From: Thermogladius sp.
GTDB lineage: Archaea > Thermoproteota > Thermoprotei_A > Sulfolobales > Desulfurococcaceae
Length of the DNA: 32,600 nt
Assembly: GCA_009904025.1 (NCBI GenBank)
Contig: WYEE01000068.1
Coordinates: forward strand, 1-32,600
Reading direction: 5' to 3'
The notes below the pieces were generated by a model. The model did not search any database, was not told the origin of the DNA, and was given only the letters and a program-made list of their open reading frames with translations. Numbering within the stretch: position 1 is the first letter of the stretch; each line of letters opens with the position of its first letter. The position numbers and the translations under genes were made by a program. Shown here piece by piece: positions 9,311 through 17,206 of this stretch.

Positions 9311-9970
9311 AGTGTACTTCTTCTCCTCCCTGAGAACTATAATTCTCGTGTTGAAGGACTCGAGTACACTCCTGATTCTATCGCTTAGTTTATTTGCGAG
9401 GTCTTGCGGTATTATAATGAAATAGCCGTCGTAGCTCTGGTCTACGAGTGAAGAGCCTATTGAGAGATACAGGTTTTTCAACTGCGTAGGTCTATCGGCG
9501 CTTGGATCTATAATCCACACCCCGATCTTCTTCTCGTCTTTCCATGCAGTTAAATCGGGTTGAAGCGGTTTAGAAGGCTTATTCTCCGAGACCTCGAACC
9601 CCCTTTCCTCCAGGTCTTTAACCACCTGGGCTATCACTTGTTTACGAGCCGGGCTAGCCTTCGCCAGCTCAATATACTTCTCTATTGGTCCATGTATCTC
9701 GGGGTCGTATAGAGTGTAGGAACCCCTGTCAATTCTAAACAGGAATAGTTTATCGGGGTCCCTGTACTTGTCCTTGCTGTTGCTATTCACCGTGACAAGG
9801 TCGATCTCGAAGTCTAGGCTCATATCGGATCTAGAGGGGTCTTTCTGCTTTGCGACGTTTATGATCTCACGCCGGTTGAAGAAGTTTTTACCCGACTTAA
9901 CCAGTTCTAGACATGCCTCTTTTACGAGTAGCCAGTTAGGCTTCTTCCCACCCTGCTCTTGCTCCCCCAA
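9299..9970 (-). CDS. Hypothetical protein: putative N-terminal winged helix plus C-terminal restriction-endonuclease-like fold
   Basis: N-terminal WLLVKEACLEL...FNRREII...RIDRGSYTLY; C-terminal LEERGFEV...PDLTAWK. TTG start with SD GGTGG. Confidence 0.55.
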   Translation of the reverse strand: MGEQEQGGKKPNWLLVKEACLELVKSGKNFFNRREIINVAKQKDPSRSDMSLDFEIDLVTVNSNSKDKYRDPDKLFLFRIDRGSYTLYDPEIHGPIEKYIELAKASPARKQVIAQVVKDLEERGFEVSENKPSKPLQPDLTAWKDEKKIGVWIIDPSADRPTQLKNLYLSIGSSLVDQSYDGYFIIIPQDLANKLSDRIRSVLESFNTRIIVLREEKKYTLLI

Positions 9971-9996
9971 TCTACCACCGTTTAATCCGGTTGTAC

Positions 9997-10836
9997 TTAT
10001 TGCTGTAGAATCCTTAAAACTTCTCCAGCTAACGATCTAATTGCTTTAGCCGCCTCCCCTTCAGGGTATGCCAGGAGATACGGCACCCCCTCCTCAAGAG
10101 CGGTCGCTATGAGGGGGTCTAAGGGTATTCTGGCTAGGAGCCTTGTATTGTACTTCCTGGCAAGTTCTTCGCCCGTGCTCTTCCCCAGAATAGAGTACTC
10201 CCTCCCGCTCTCAGGGCATTTAAAGTAGCTCATGTTTTCCACGATCCCAAGCAACCTCACATTGTTCTTGACAACGAAATTGACTGCCTTAGAGACTATG
10301 ACCTCGGACAAGATGTTCGGCGCTGTCACTATGATCGCCCCGGTTAGGTCTTTGATAGATTGGACGATTGTGATAGCCTCGTCTCCAGTCCCGGGTGGTA
10401 GGTCTAAAATCAGGAAATCCCCTTCAGGCCACTTGACTTTTGCTAGTAGCTCGATTATAGCTCTCGACTTCAATGGCCCCCTCCACACCACCGGCAAGTC
10501 AGGTGAGTCGAGCATCAGGTTTATGGCCACTACTTTCACTCCCAGCGGACCTTCAACTGGTAGAATACCCCCCTCATCAGCGTAGTGTCTCGCATCATGT
10601 AACCCGAGGAGAGTTGGGATGCTTGAGCCGTGGATGTCCGCGTCCATTATCGACACACGGTAGTTTCTCTCGGCTAGGGCTAGCGATAGCATTGATGAGA
10701 TAAAGGATTTACCGACACCTCCTTTACCACTTAGCACCATGATCTTGTGTTTTATTCCTCCAACACTACCCCGTATTTTGTTTGTCAGAGCGAAGAGTGG
10801 CTCAGCCTGCCTGATTTTACTCATAACACCACTCAA
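9997..10836 (-). CDS. Mrp/NBP35 family P-loop ATPase (Fe-S carrier-like)
   Basis: SGKGGVGKS, DADIHGSSIP, VWRGP, DLPPGTGD and GIVENMS motifs. Confidence 0.92.
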   Translation of the reverse strand: MSGVMSKIRQAEPLFALTNKIRGSVGGIKHKIMVLSGKGGVGKSFISSMLSLALAERNYRVSIMDADIHGSSIPTLLGLHDARHYADEGGILPVEGPLGVKVVAINLMLDSPDLPVVWRGPLKSRAIIELLAKVKWPEGDFLILDLPPGTGDEAITIVQSIKDLTGAIIVTAPNILSEVIVSKAVNFVVKNNVRLLGIVENMSYFKCPESGREYSILGKSTGEELARKYNTRLLARIPLDPLIATALEEGVPYLLAYPEGEAAKAIRSLAGEVLRILQQ

Positions 10837-10839
10837 AAC

Positions 10840-10867
10840 CTATAAACCTCGCACATGGGTTTTATAG
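10840..10867. promoter_or_regulatory. Overlapping divergent TATA boxes for mvk and the Mrp gene
   Basis: CTATAAAC (+, 10840-10847) lies about 25 nt before GTG 10872. CTATAAAA (-, 10860-10867) lies about 24 nt before TTG 10836. Confidence 0.55.
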
Positions 10868-10871
10868 TTGA

Positions 10872-11813
10872 GTGTTGGAGATGGTGTGTTCTATAGCACC
10901 GGGGAAGGTGATCCTCTTTGGAGAGCATTTTGTAGTGAAAGGTAAGCCGGCGATAGGTGTGGCTGTTAACGTGTATGCAAAGGCGTGTGCTGGGGTAGGT
11001 CAAGGCGTTGTAGAGTCCCGGCAGCTGGGCTTGCTGCTAGACCTGGATTCCGGGAAAGTTCTAGATAAGGGTTTGCTAAGGGTTTACCAAGAGCTGTCTT
11101 CGAGGATAGGTTTGGCAAAGGATTTCCATGTCATCATCGACTCCGAGATACCTATAGCAGCTGGGATGGGTTCATCCGCCGCAGTCGCGGTTTCAACCGC
11201 TCACGCATTAGCCACTCTTAAAGGTGTGGAGCCGGATAAAAAACTCATATGGGAGGTTTCCTTCGAGGCTGAGAAAATATACCATGTTAAACCAAGCGGA
11301 GTAGACAACACGCTTTCTACGTATGGTGGTGTACTCTTCTACCAGGGAGGGGAATTCAAAAGGGTTGAAGTAAAATGGCCGGATGACATATACATGGTAA
11401 TAGTGGACTCAGGAGTGAAAAGGTCGACAGGGCAGGTAGTGGAGGATGTTTTGAGAAGGTATGAAAAGTACCATCGGATCATGTCAGGGATCTACGATGC
11501 AGCCGGAGTACTAGTTGAGGAGGCTCTGAAAGCCCTTGAAAGAGGCGACTTCACAAGATTAGGGGAGTTGATGGATATAAACCACGGTCTACTAGTATCC
11601 TTAGGCGTATCCACACCCCTACTCGACAGCCTTCTCTGGACTGTACGTGAAGCAGGGGCTCTGGGTGCTAAGATATGTGGTGCTGGGCGTGGGGGTGTGA
11701 TCGTAGCCGTTGTAGATGAGGTTAGGCTTCCGAAAGTGTTGGATAAGATCAGCCGACAGGGCCTGAAACCAATAGTGGCTAGGATAGATAGTGAAGGGGT
11801 GAGAAAAACCTAG
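10872..11813 (+). CDS. mvk: Mevalonate kinase
   Basis: APGKVILFGEHFVV, GHMP motif PIAAGMGSSAA, PSGVDN and GAGRGG. Confidence 0.93.
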   Translation: MLEMVCSIAPGKVILFGEHFVVKGKPAIGVAVNVYAKACAGVGQGVVESRQLGLLLDLDSGKVLDKGLLRVYQELSSRIGLAKDFHVIIDSEIPIAAGMGSSAAVAVSTAHALATLKGVEPDKKLIWEVSFEAEKIYHVKPSGVDNTLSTYGGVLFYQGGEFKRVEVKWPDDIYMVIVDSGVKRSTGQVVEDVLRRYEKYHRIMSGIYDAAGVLVEEALKALERGDFTRLGELMDINHGLLVSLGVSTPLLDSLLWTVREAGALGAKICGAGRGGVIVAVVDEVRLPKVLDKISRQGLKPIVARIDSEGVRKT

Positions 11814-11900
11814 ATGATTTAAAAGCTTGGCTTCGCCCATTTAATATATAAGTGTGGCTGGTAAAAGCGATATATAGGGTTTTTGTGCTAAAATTTAAAT

Positions 11901-11957
11901 AGGGATGATGAAAATACGTTTTTGATAATAGTGAAATGACTCCCATGGTCTGACAAA
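11901..11957 (+). ncRNA. Box C/D methylation-guide sRNA (sR1-like, predicted 16S U52 guide)
   Basis: C box ATGATGA 11905-11911, D' TTGA 11922-11925, degenerate C', D box CTGA 11950-11953. D guide GACTCCCATGGT is complementary to GCCAUGGGAGUC near the crenarchaeal 16S 5' end (target recalled from memory). TATA-like TATATA at 11871-11876. Confidence 0.85.
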
Positions 11958-11958
11958 T

Positions 11959-12375
11959 ATGGAGGTACCTACGAGGCGTATGAAGAAGAAGGTGAAGGAA
12001 TCACTGGATTTCCTGAAGAAACTTAACATAGTCATCGCCGACTACCTGCAGCAAATCTATGAATACAATAATTCAGCACGTCAGAAGGGCTACTATTTGA
12101 AGCCGGTTCACATAGCTGTCAGAAAGGAGAGGGGGACAGTGAAAACAAAGTACTACTACTACGGGAGGTACTGGTATAAGATTGAGCGAGGTCAGAACGG
12201 CGGGGTTAAATGGGTGTATATTGGGAAGGAGAAGCCGGATCCCAGTCTACCAGACCCGCCTAAACACCCTCTAGAGGGGCTTGTAGTAAAGATCAGGGAT
12301 TCTGAGATTGAAGCCGTTTTCGCCAGCGAGGAGATGTACCAGGAGATAATGAAAAAACTTGAGTCTTTGAAATAA
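11959..12375 (+). CDS. Hypothetical basic protein, possible nucleic-acid binder
   Basis: Tyr/Trp/Lys-rich beta-hairpin pattern YYLKPVH...YYYYGRYWYK...KWVYIGK. Start may be ATG 11980. Confidence 0.7.
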   Translation: MEVPTRRMKKKVKESLDFLKKLNIVIADYLQQIYEYNNSARQKGYYLKPVHIAVRKERGTVKTKYYYYGRYWYKIERGQNGGVKWVYIGKEKPDPSLPDPPKHPLEGLVVKIRDSEIEAVFASEEMYQEIMKKLESLK

Positions 12376-12379
12376 GTTT

Positions 12380-13210
12380 TTAACCAACTCCTTCTCTTTT
12401 TTCCCTTATACTCCATTTTGCTCTAGACTGCTCGACGACGGGAATAAGCTTTCTCGCCAATGCGATCTCCTCTCTTTCTATTGAGACCTCAACATACTTC
12501 TCGCTGAAGCCTAAGTCGTAAATTTTATACCCCAGCGGGCTGTACAAGCCGCTACCACCTGTGAATAACTCGCCCACCTGGTTTGAGACAACGAGGTAGA
12601 GAGTGTTCTCGTGGGCCCTTGCTCTGGCTAGGAAGTCTAGCTGCCCCTCCTTCAGGTAACCCTTAACCCATCCAGCGTGCAACAACACCACGTCAGCTCC
12701 CTCCCATGCGTATAATCTAAAAAGCTCAGGGAATCTTAGATCGTAGCAGATAGCCACTCTTACCGCAAAACCTTTAACATTAAGAGACACGCTAATCTGG
12801 GAGCCCTCCTCGAAGAAATCGCTTTCCCTGAAACCATAAGCGTTGAACAGATGGATCTTACTGTAGACCCACCTTCTCTCACCATCGGGTGTAATGAGGA
12901 CGCTTGAACTACGAGTTTTAGGGGGTGTACTCGTCTTCTCGATGAAGTGCGTTAAGATAAGACTACCTGTTTCACGGGCAGTCTTCTCCAGGATGCTGAG
13001 AAACCTGCTCTCACCTATAACCTCCGATTTCTCGTAGAAGCCCCTGGGGTCATTGAATCTGAACGGGTTTGCCATACTATACTCGGGTGTGAGAATTATA
13101 TCAGCCCGCTTAAACCCGTTTCTCACCATACTACTTATTTTTAAAGCGTTTTCAACGGGCTCGCCACCTAGATTTGCCTGTAGAATGCCAACTACCATTT
13201 CACCCGACAT
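12380..13210 (-). CDS. Carbon-nitrogen hydrolase (nitrilase/Nit-like amidase)
   Basis: E-K-C triad in TPEY, YSKIHLF and ICYDLRFPE; also ARAHEN. Confidence 0.92.
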   Translation of the reverse strand: MSGEMVVGILQANLGGEPVENALKISSMVRNGFKRADIILTPEYSMANPFRFNDPRGFYEKSEVIGESRFLSILEKTARETGSLILTHFIEKTSTPPKTRSSSVLITPDGERRWVYSKIHLFNAYGFRESDFFEEGSQISVSLNVKGFAVRVAICYDLRFPELFRLYAWEGADVVLLHAGWVKGYLKEGQLDFLARARAHENTLYLVVSNQVGELFTGGSGLYSPLGYKIYDLGFSEKYVEVSIEREEIALARKLIPVVEQSRAKWSIREKREGVG

Positions 13211-13252
13211 CCCCTGTTCCCCCTTCGTGAAGAGAGCTAGGGGTTGTAAAAA

Positions 13253-13606
13253 TTAGGTTTGGATTCCTAGAATCTTCTTCAACTCTGCCGTAGCTTCATC
13301 GGATATCGACGTGTTCAATTCGTATAAGTCTACCTTGAGGTTTCTTATTTTAAACTCTGTGTCAGCTATCTCGTATTCCAGTTCTATGTTTACGATAGCG
13401 TCTTTTGGAGCCATATATTTCTCAACTAGAACCTCGTAGATGATTTTATTCAGATTGGTTAGAAACTCATTGACTCTCCTCTGAACATCTTTCTTCGAAA
13501 CCTCGGGTTTACTCCTCAAGTAGCTTGAAACAGATGCGTTGACTACTCTCCTCAACTTAATAGCGTAGCCGCTCAAACGGACTGGGCCTGTTTTCACTGT
13601 GGACAT
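13253..13606 (-). CDS. DUF2258 / ThermoDBP-related single-stranded nucleic-acid-binding protein
   Basis: N-terminal TGPVRLSGYAIKLRR and LNKIIYEVLVEK...IVNIELEYEI match the family pattern. Confidence 0.7.
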   Translation of the reverse strand: MSTVKTGPVRLSGYAIKLRRVVNASVSSYLRSKPEVSKKDVQRRVNEFLTNLNKIIYEVLVEKYMAPKDAIVNIELEYEIADTEFKIRNLKVDLYELNTSISDEATAELKKILGIQT

Positions 13607-13686
13607 ATTTTCCCCAACTAATATTTAGTTTAACCCCTATAATATTTTTACTTAACCTAATGGTAGTTTGGTTGGGTGGACGAGAA

Positions 13687-14121
13687 TTGGCATACACAGC
13701 GCCTAGACTAATCGATGTCAACGCTAAGTCGAGGCTTATAAGAGACTGCCGCAGGCTCCTTATTTTCGGGAGGTGTGTTGAATTAGAACACCCGGAAGTC
13801 TACAAGGGTTTCATCGAGAGAGGCTACTGCCCTCTATCCGTCTGCCTCGAGGCGGAGCACGTTAACATGGTTGGATTCAAGCTTGCAGGCATCCTGGGTA
13901 GAGGCGACTACGAAGAGGTTGCCGTCTTAACAGTTGACGGCAGCATGCACTGTACTCAATTACACTGGATGGTAGAGGAAGTTTTCAAGATCATGAGGCT
14001 AGACAACAGTAGGAGGAGGCACTTCGTAATACACGAGGGTAAGCTGGTTGAGGTATCCCAGGCTTCTGTTAAAGCAAGCAGGTTTCTCGCGCATATAGAC
14101 GGTTTGTTGAGAAAGGGCTAG
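13687..14121 (+). CDS. Cys-rich archaeal protein of the family often labelled '4Fe-4S ferredoxin'; no ferredoxin motif is present
   Basis: GRCV, VCLEAEHVNM and LTVDGSMHCTQLH. TTG 13687 follows SD GGGTGG (track start 13660). Confidence 0.6.
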   Translation: MAYTAPRLIDVNAKSRLIRDCRRLLIFGRCVELEHPEVYKGFIERGYCPLSVCLEAEHVNMVGFKLAGILGRGDYEEVAVLTVDGSMHCTQLHWMVEEVFKIMRLDNSRRRHFVIHEGKLVEVSQASVKASRFLAHIDGLLRKG

Positions 14122-14123
14122 CT

Positions 14124-14888
14124 ATGAGCGTAGTTAAAAGAATGGACGGTATTATACGGGAGTTAGGGGGTTTCAACCCTTCTAGCAGGGTTTTGCTTTT
14201 AACTCTATACCTCAGCCTTCTAAGCCCAGTGTATATCATACTGTTGTCTTCCAGCGCGTTGTTAAACCTACCTGATGAGGTCGTGTCCTCTAGTCTGATC
14301 ATCGGATTTCTAGGCCAGGCATCCACCTCGGCATTAATGCTCTATTTGTTATCAAACGTAAACCAGCTTGCGGATAACATAGCTGAGTACACTTCGCTTG
14401 TAGCCGATCTTATAAGGGAGAAGACTGGTCTCAGGGTTGAGCCACTGGAAGCGGCTTCCAGGGAGTTTAAGAGAGGTTTCAGGACATACATGGGGTGGTA
14501 TCCGCTAGCGATTCTCGTGGGCCTGATATCGCTGTTATCGTATGGAACACTCCTCTACGCGATAATCCTCTTCGAGCTCTACAGTGCGTTAAACTCGTTC
14601 TTCCTTGCTCAAGCAAAGGTCTCTCTCGAGGGTATTGTAGATTACTTAAACTTGGTTGAAGAGGAAATCAGTGCTGTGATTGAAATCCGGAAAACTAGTT
14701 TGAGTATCGGTGTCCTTCTCGAAGACAGGGTTATAGCATTCGGCTCACTTTTATTCAACTCTATTACACCGATAGCATGCTACCAGCTGCTTCTCAGCCT
14801 GGGGAGTATAGTGGATAAGTTTAGAGGTTTTCACGTGGAAGTGAAATACGTTTTGACGATGAAAGAGTCCGTTAAGCCCAGCAGGTGA
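14124..14888 (+). CDS. Hypothetical membrane protein
   Basis: Several hydrophobic segments; starts 2 nt after the upstream stop. Confidence 0.6.
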   Translation: MSVVKRMDGIIRELGGFNPSSRVLLLTLYLSLLSPVYIILLSSSALLNLPDEVVSSSLIIGFLGQASTSALMLYLLSNVNQLADNIAEYTSLVADLIREKTGLRVEPLEAASREFKRGFRTYMGWYPLAILVGLISLLSYGTLLYAIILFELYSALNSFFLAQAKVSLEGIVDYLNLVEEEISAVIEIRKTSLSIGVLLEDRVIAFGSLLFNSITPIACYQLLLSLGSIVDKFRGFHVEVKYVLTMKESVKPSR

Positions 14889-15107
14889 AGAGGGTTACAT
14901 GGCTATATGCTTCAACTAACATGGTTCCCCCACTCCCCGTCTCTCAAAGTGTTTTCCTGGTGGATACTAATTAGCGACGATTATTAATCCACGCATAATC
15001 ACGAGTCCCCTTTGGGATGGGGGTAATAGGCCGGAGACCCAGCCCGGGGTTGAGCACTCGGAAAGAGGGAGTGTAGTCCCAAACCCCTCCACAAGAACAC
15101 TCGCCAT

Positions 15108-17090
15108 TCATGGCGGGGAGGTCAGCACTCCAGTAGCTTCGTATATTTGGTAGTAGGGCTTAAATTCGCTGACAACTTTCTCCATGAACTCTCGGCTTCT
15201 CAACGCGTTGATGAACTTCTCGACCTCGCTACGTTGTAGTCTATCGGTGGGTATTAGGAAATCGAATTCTTCCCAGCTCAAAGGTTTAAACTCTAAGCCG
15301 TAGACGGAGGCAGCCCAACCTACAGCGACCCCTACATCAGCTCTACCCTGTTTTACAGCCGCTGCAACCGCCGTGTGTGTTCTAACCTCGTAGAAGTAGC
15401 CGTTGACTCTCTTTGAAACCTCCTCGAGGCTTAAGCCTAGTTTAGAACCCAACCTCTTCAGCTCCGCGTCTATGAAACCCCTCACCCCGGATCCCTTATT
15501 CCTGTTGACTATCCTAATGTCGGGTCTAAGGAAATCCTCTATTCCCTGTATGTTCTTGGGATTTCCCTTCTCGTAGACCAGGCCTATAAGCCTCCTATAG
15601 CCTTTAACGATAACGGCCCTACCCTTCAAGCCAAGCTTCTGAATAAACGGCGTATTATATTGCCCTGTCTCCTCGTCGAGTAAATGAGTCGGGGCGATAT
15701 CAGCCTCCCCCCTGGCTACAGCGTGCCAGCCTCCTAGGCTTCCGACAGGTATTATCTTCGCCTTGTTCACCAGGCCTAGCTCGCTTATAATTCGATATAG
15801 CAGTGGATCGTTGCTGCCTATGATCACAACCCTTGCTTCTACTTCAACATGCGGTTTCATTAAGTCTACTTGGACAGTCTCGTTCTCCTCGATTAACTCC
15901 ACGTTTTCCCCTATTGTAATGAAGCCGTCGCTGTAGACAAGGGAGCTAATGCTCCCGCTACTGGCTTGGAGCGGGTAGGCTACCAGGCCCTCTCGAGAGG
16001 GGACTAGACCAACCGGGATAAACGTGGAGAAACCCACACTCTTCCTTATCTTAACCGGGATCCTTGCTTCAACCACCCTCTCAACCGGCTCGGCAAGACC
16101 TGTAAGCCTGGTTATAATCGGCTTCACGATCTTCAATAAGACCATGTAACACGACAACGGGAAGCCTGGGAGTCCTATCAACAGCTTCCCCCTTGCTACT
16201 CCGATAACCGTTGGCTTACCCGGTTTAACTCTCAGGCCGTGAATGATCACACCCGGCTCCCCGAGCTTGTCGAAAACACGGTAGACGACGTCTCTCACAC
16301 CAGCGCTAGTCCCGCCGCTTGTGATAACAATATCGTTTTCCCCCAGGGCCTCGCTCAAGCGTTTGTAGACTACTTCCTCGTCATCGGGTAAAATCCCGTG
16401 GTTTCTAGCCACCGCTCCTATCGAGTTGAGGAACGACGTGATGAGGAAGCTGTTCACGTCGTAGATCATGCCTGGACTCAAGGGATGCCCAGGCTCCACA
16501 AGCTCTTTACCAGTCGAGAAAACTGCTACACGGGGTTGCTTGTAGACGAGCACATCTCTCAGCCCTAAGCCCGCTAACAACCCTATCCTCTCAGGTGTTA
16601 AGACGACACCCCTCTGCATGACTAGGTCGCCGATCGAGACATCGCTTCCAGTACTACTGATATTCTCCCCAGGGTACACGCTCCTGTAGACCAGAAGATC
16701 GCTTCCAGACCTCCTAACATACTCCTCCATAACCACCGAGTCAGCGCCTCTTGGAATCATTGCCCCAGTCGAGATCTCAACCGCCTGACCCTCCCCTACA
16801 GTATAGCCTGTTTTCTCCCCTACTTCAACTCTCCCGGCGATTGTGAGCTTGACGGGCGAGACCTCGTCTGCCCATGATGTGTCAACGGATCTAACAGCGT
16901 AGCCGTCGACCTCGCTCCTGTCGAAGGGAGGGTAGTCGACAGGTGAATAAACATCCTCTGCTAGGACGCGGAACAAAGCCTTTTCTAGATCAACTCTCTC
17001 CACACCCAAGGGTTTAAGCGGGTAGTACTCTCCAATTAATCTGAGTGCTTCCCCTAGGCTCACAAGGTTGTGGAAGATTTTCCTAGACAA
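15108..17090 (-). CDS. moeA: Molybdopterin molybdo/tungsto-transferase MoeA fused to a C-terminal PBP-type domain
   Basis: PPFDRSEVDGYAV, STGKEL, SGGTSAG, KPGKP and LPGFP, followed by GSND, VGSLGG, NRNKGSG and THTAVAAAV. Confidence 0.92.
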   Translation of the reverse strand: MSRKIFHNLVSLGEALRLIGEYYPLKPLGVERVDLEKALFRVLAEDVYSPVDYPPFDRSEVDGYAVRSVDTSWADEVSPVKLTIAGRVEVGEKTGYTVGEGQAVEISTGAMIPRGADSVVMEEYVRRSGSDLLVYRSVYPGENISSTGSDVSIGDLVMQRGVVLTPERIGLLAGLGLRDVLVYKQPRVAVFSTGKELVEPGHPLSPGMIYDVNSFLITSFLNSIGAVARNHGILPDDEEVVYKRLSEALGENDIVITSGGTSAGVRDVVYRVFDKLGEPGVIIHGLRVKPGKPTVIGVARGKLLIGLPGFPLSCYMVLLKIVKPIITRLTGLAEPVERVVEARIPVKIRKSVGFSTFIPVGLVPSREGLVAYPLQASSGSISSLVYSDGFITIGENVELIEENETVQVDLMKPHVEVEARVVIIGSNDPLLYRIISELGLVNKAKIIPVGSLGGWHAVARGEADIAPTHLLDEETGQYNTPFIQKLGLKGRAVIVKGYRRLIGLVYEKGNPKNIQGIEDFLRPDIRIVNRNKGSGVRGFIDAELKRLGSKLGLSLEEVSKRVNGYFYEVRTHTAVAAAVKQGRADVGVAVGWAASVYGLEFKPLSWEEFDFLIPTDRLQRSEVEKFINALRSREFMEKVVSEFKPYYQIYEATGVLTSPP

Positions 17091-17206
17091 TCGCGGAGCA
17101 CCATTCTCTACTAAATAGATATTAACGGAGATAAATTCTCGCGTGATGTGGGAGGCTCATCTTTTAAGATTGGCTGGGATATGGGTTATCTTTGAAAGGT
17201 GTGTTC

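Noticed and set aside
15005-15095. tRNA, Moco/TPP/cobalamin riboswitch or RNase P identity for the structured element
   Set aside because: No TTCRA T-loop or family consensus motifs, and it lies 3' of both flanking genes.
14967-15107. 46-codon minus-strand ORF starting in frame right after the moeA TGA (possible readthrough or selenocysteine)
   Set aside because: MoeA-PBP is already complete, the peptide has no recognisable features, and no Sec machinery is expected in this lineage.
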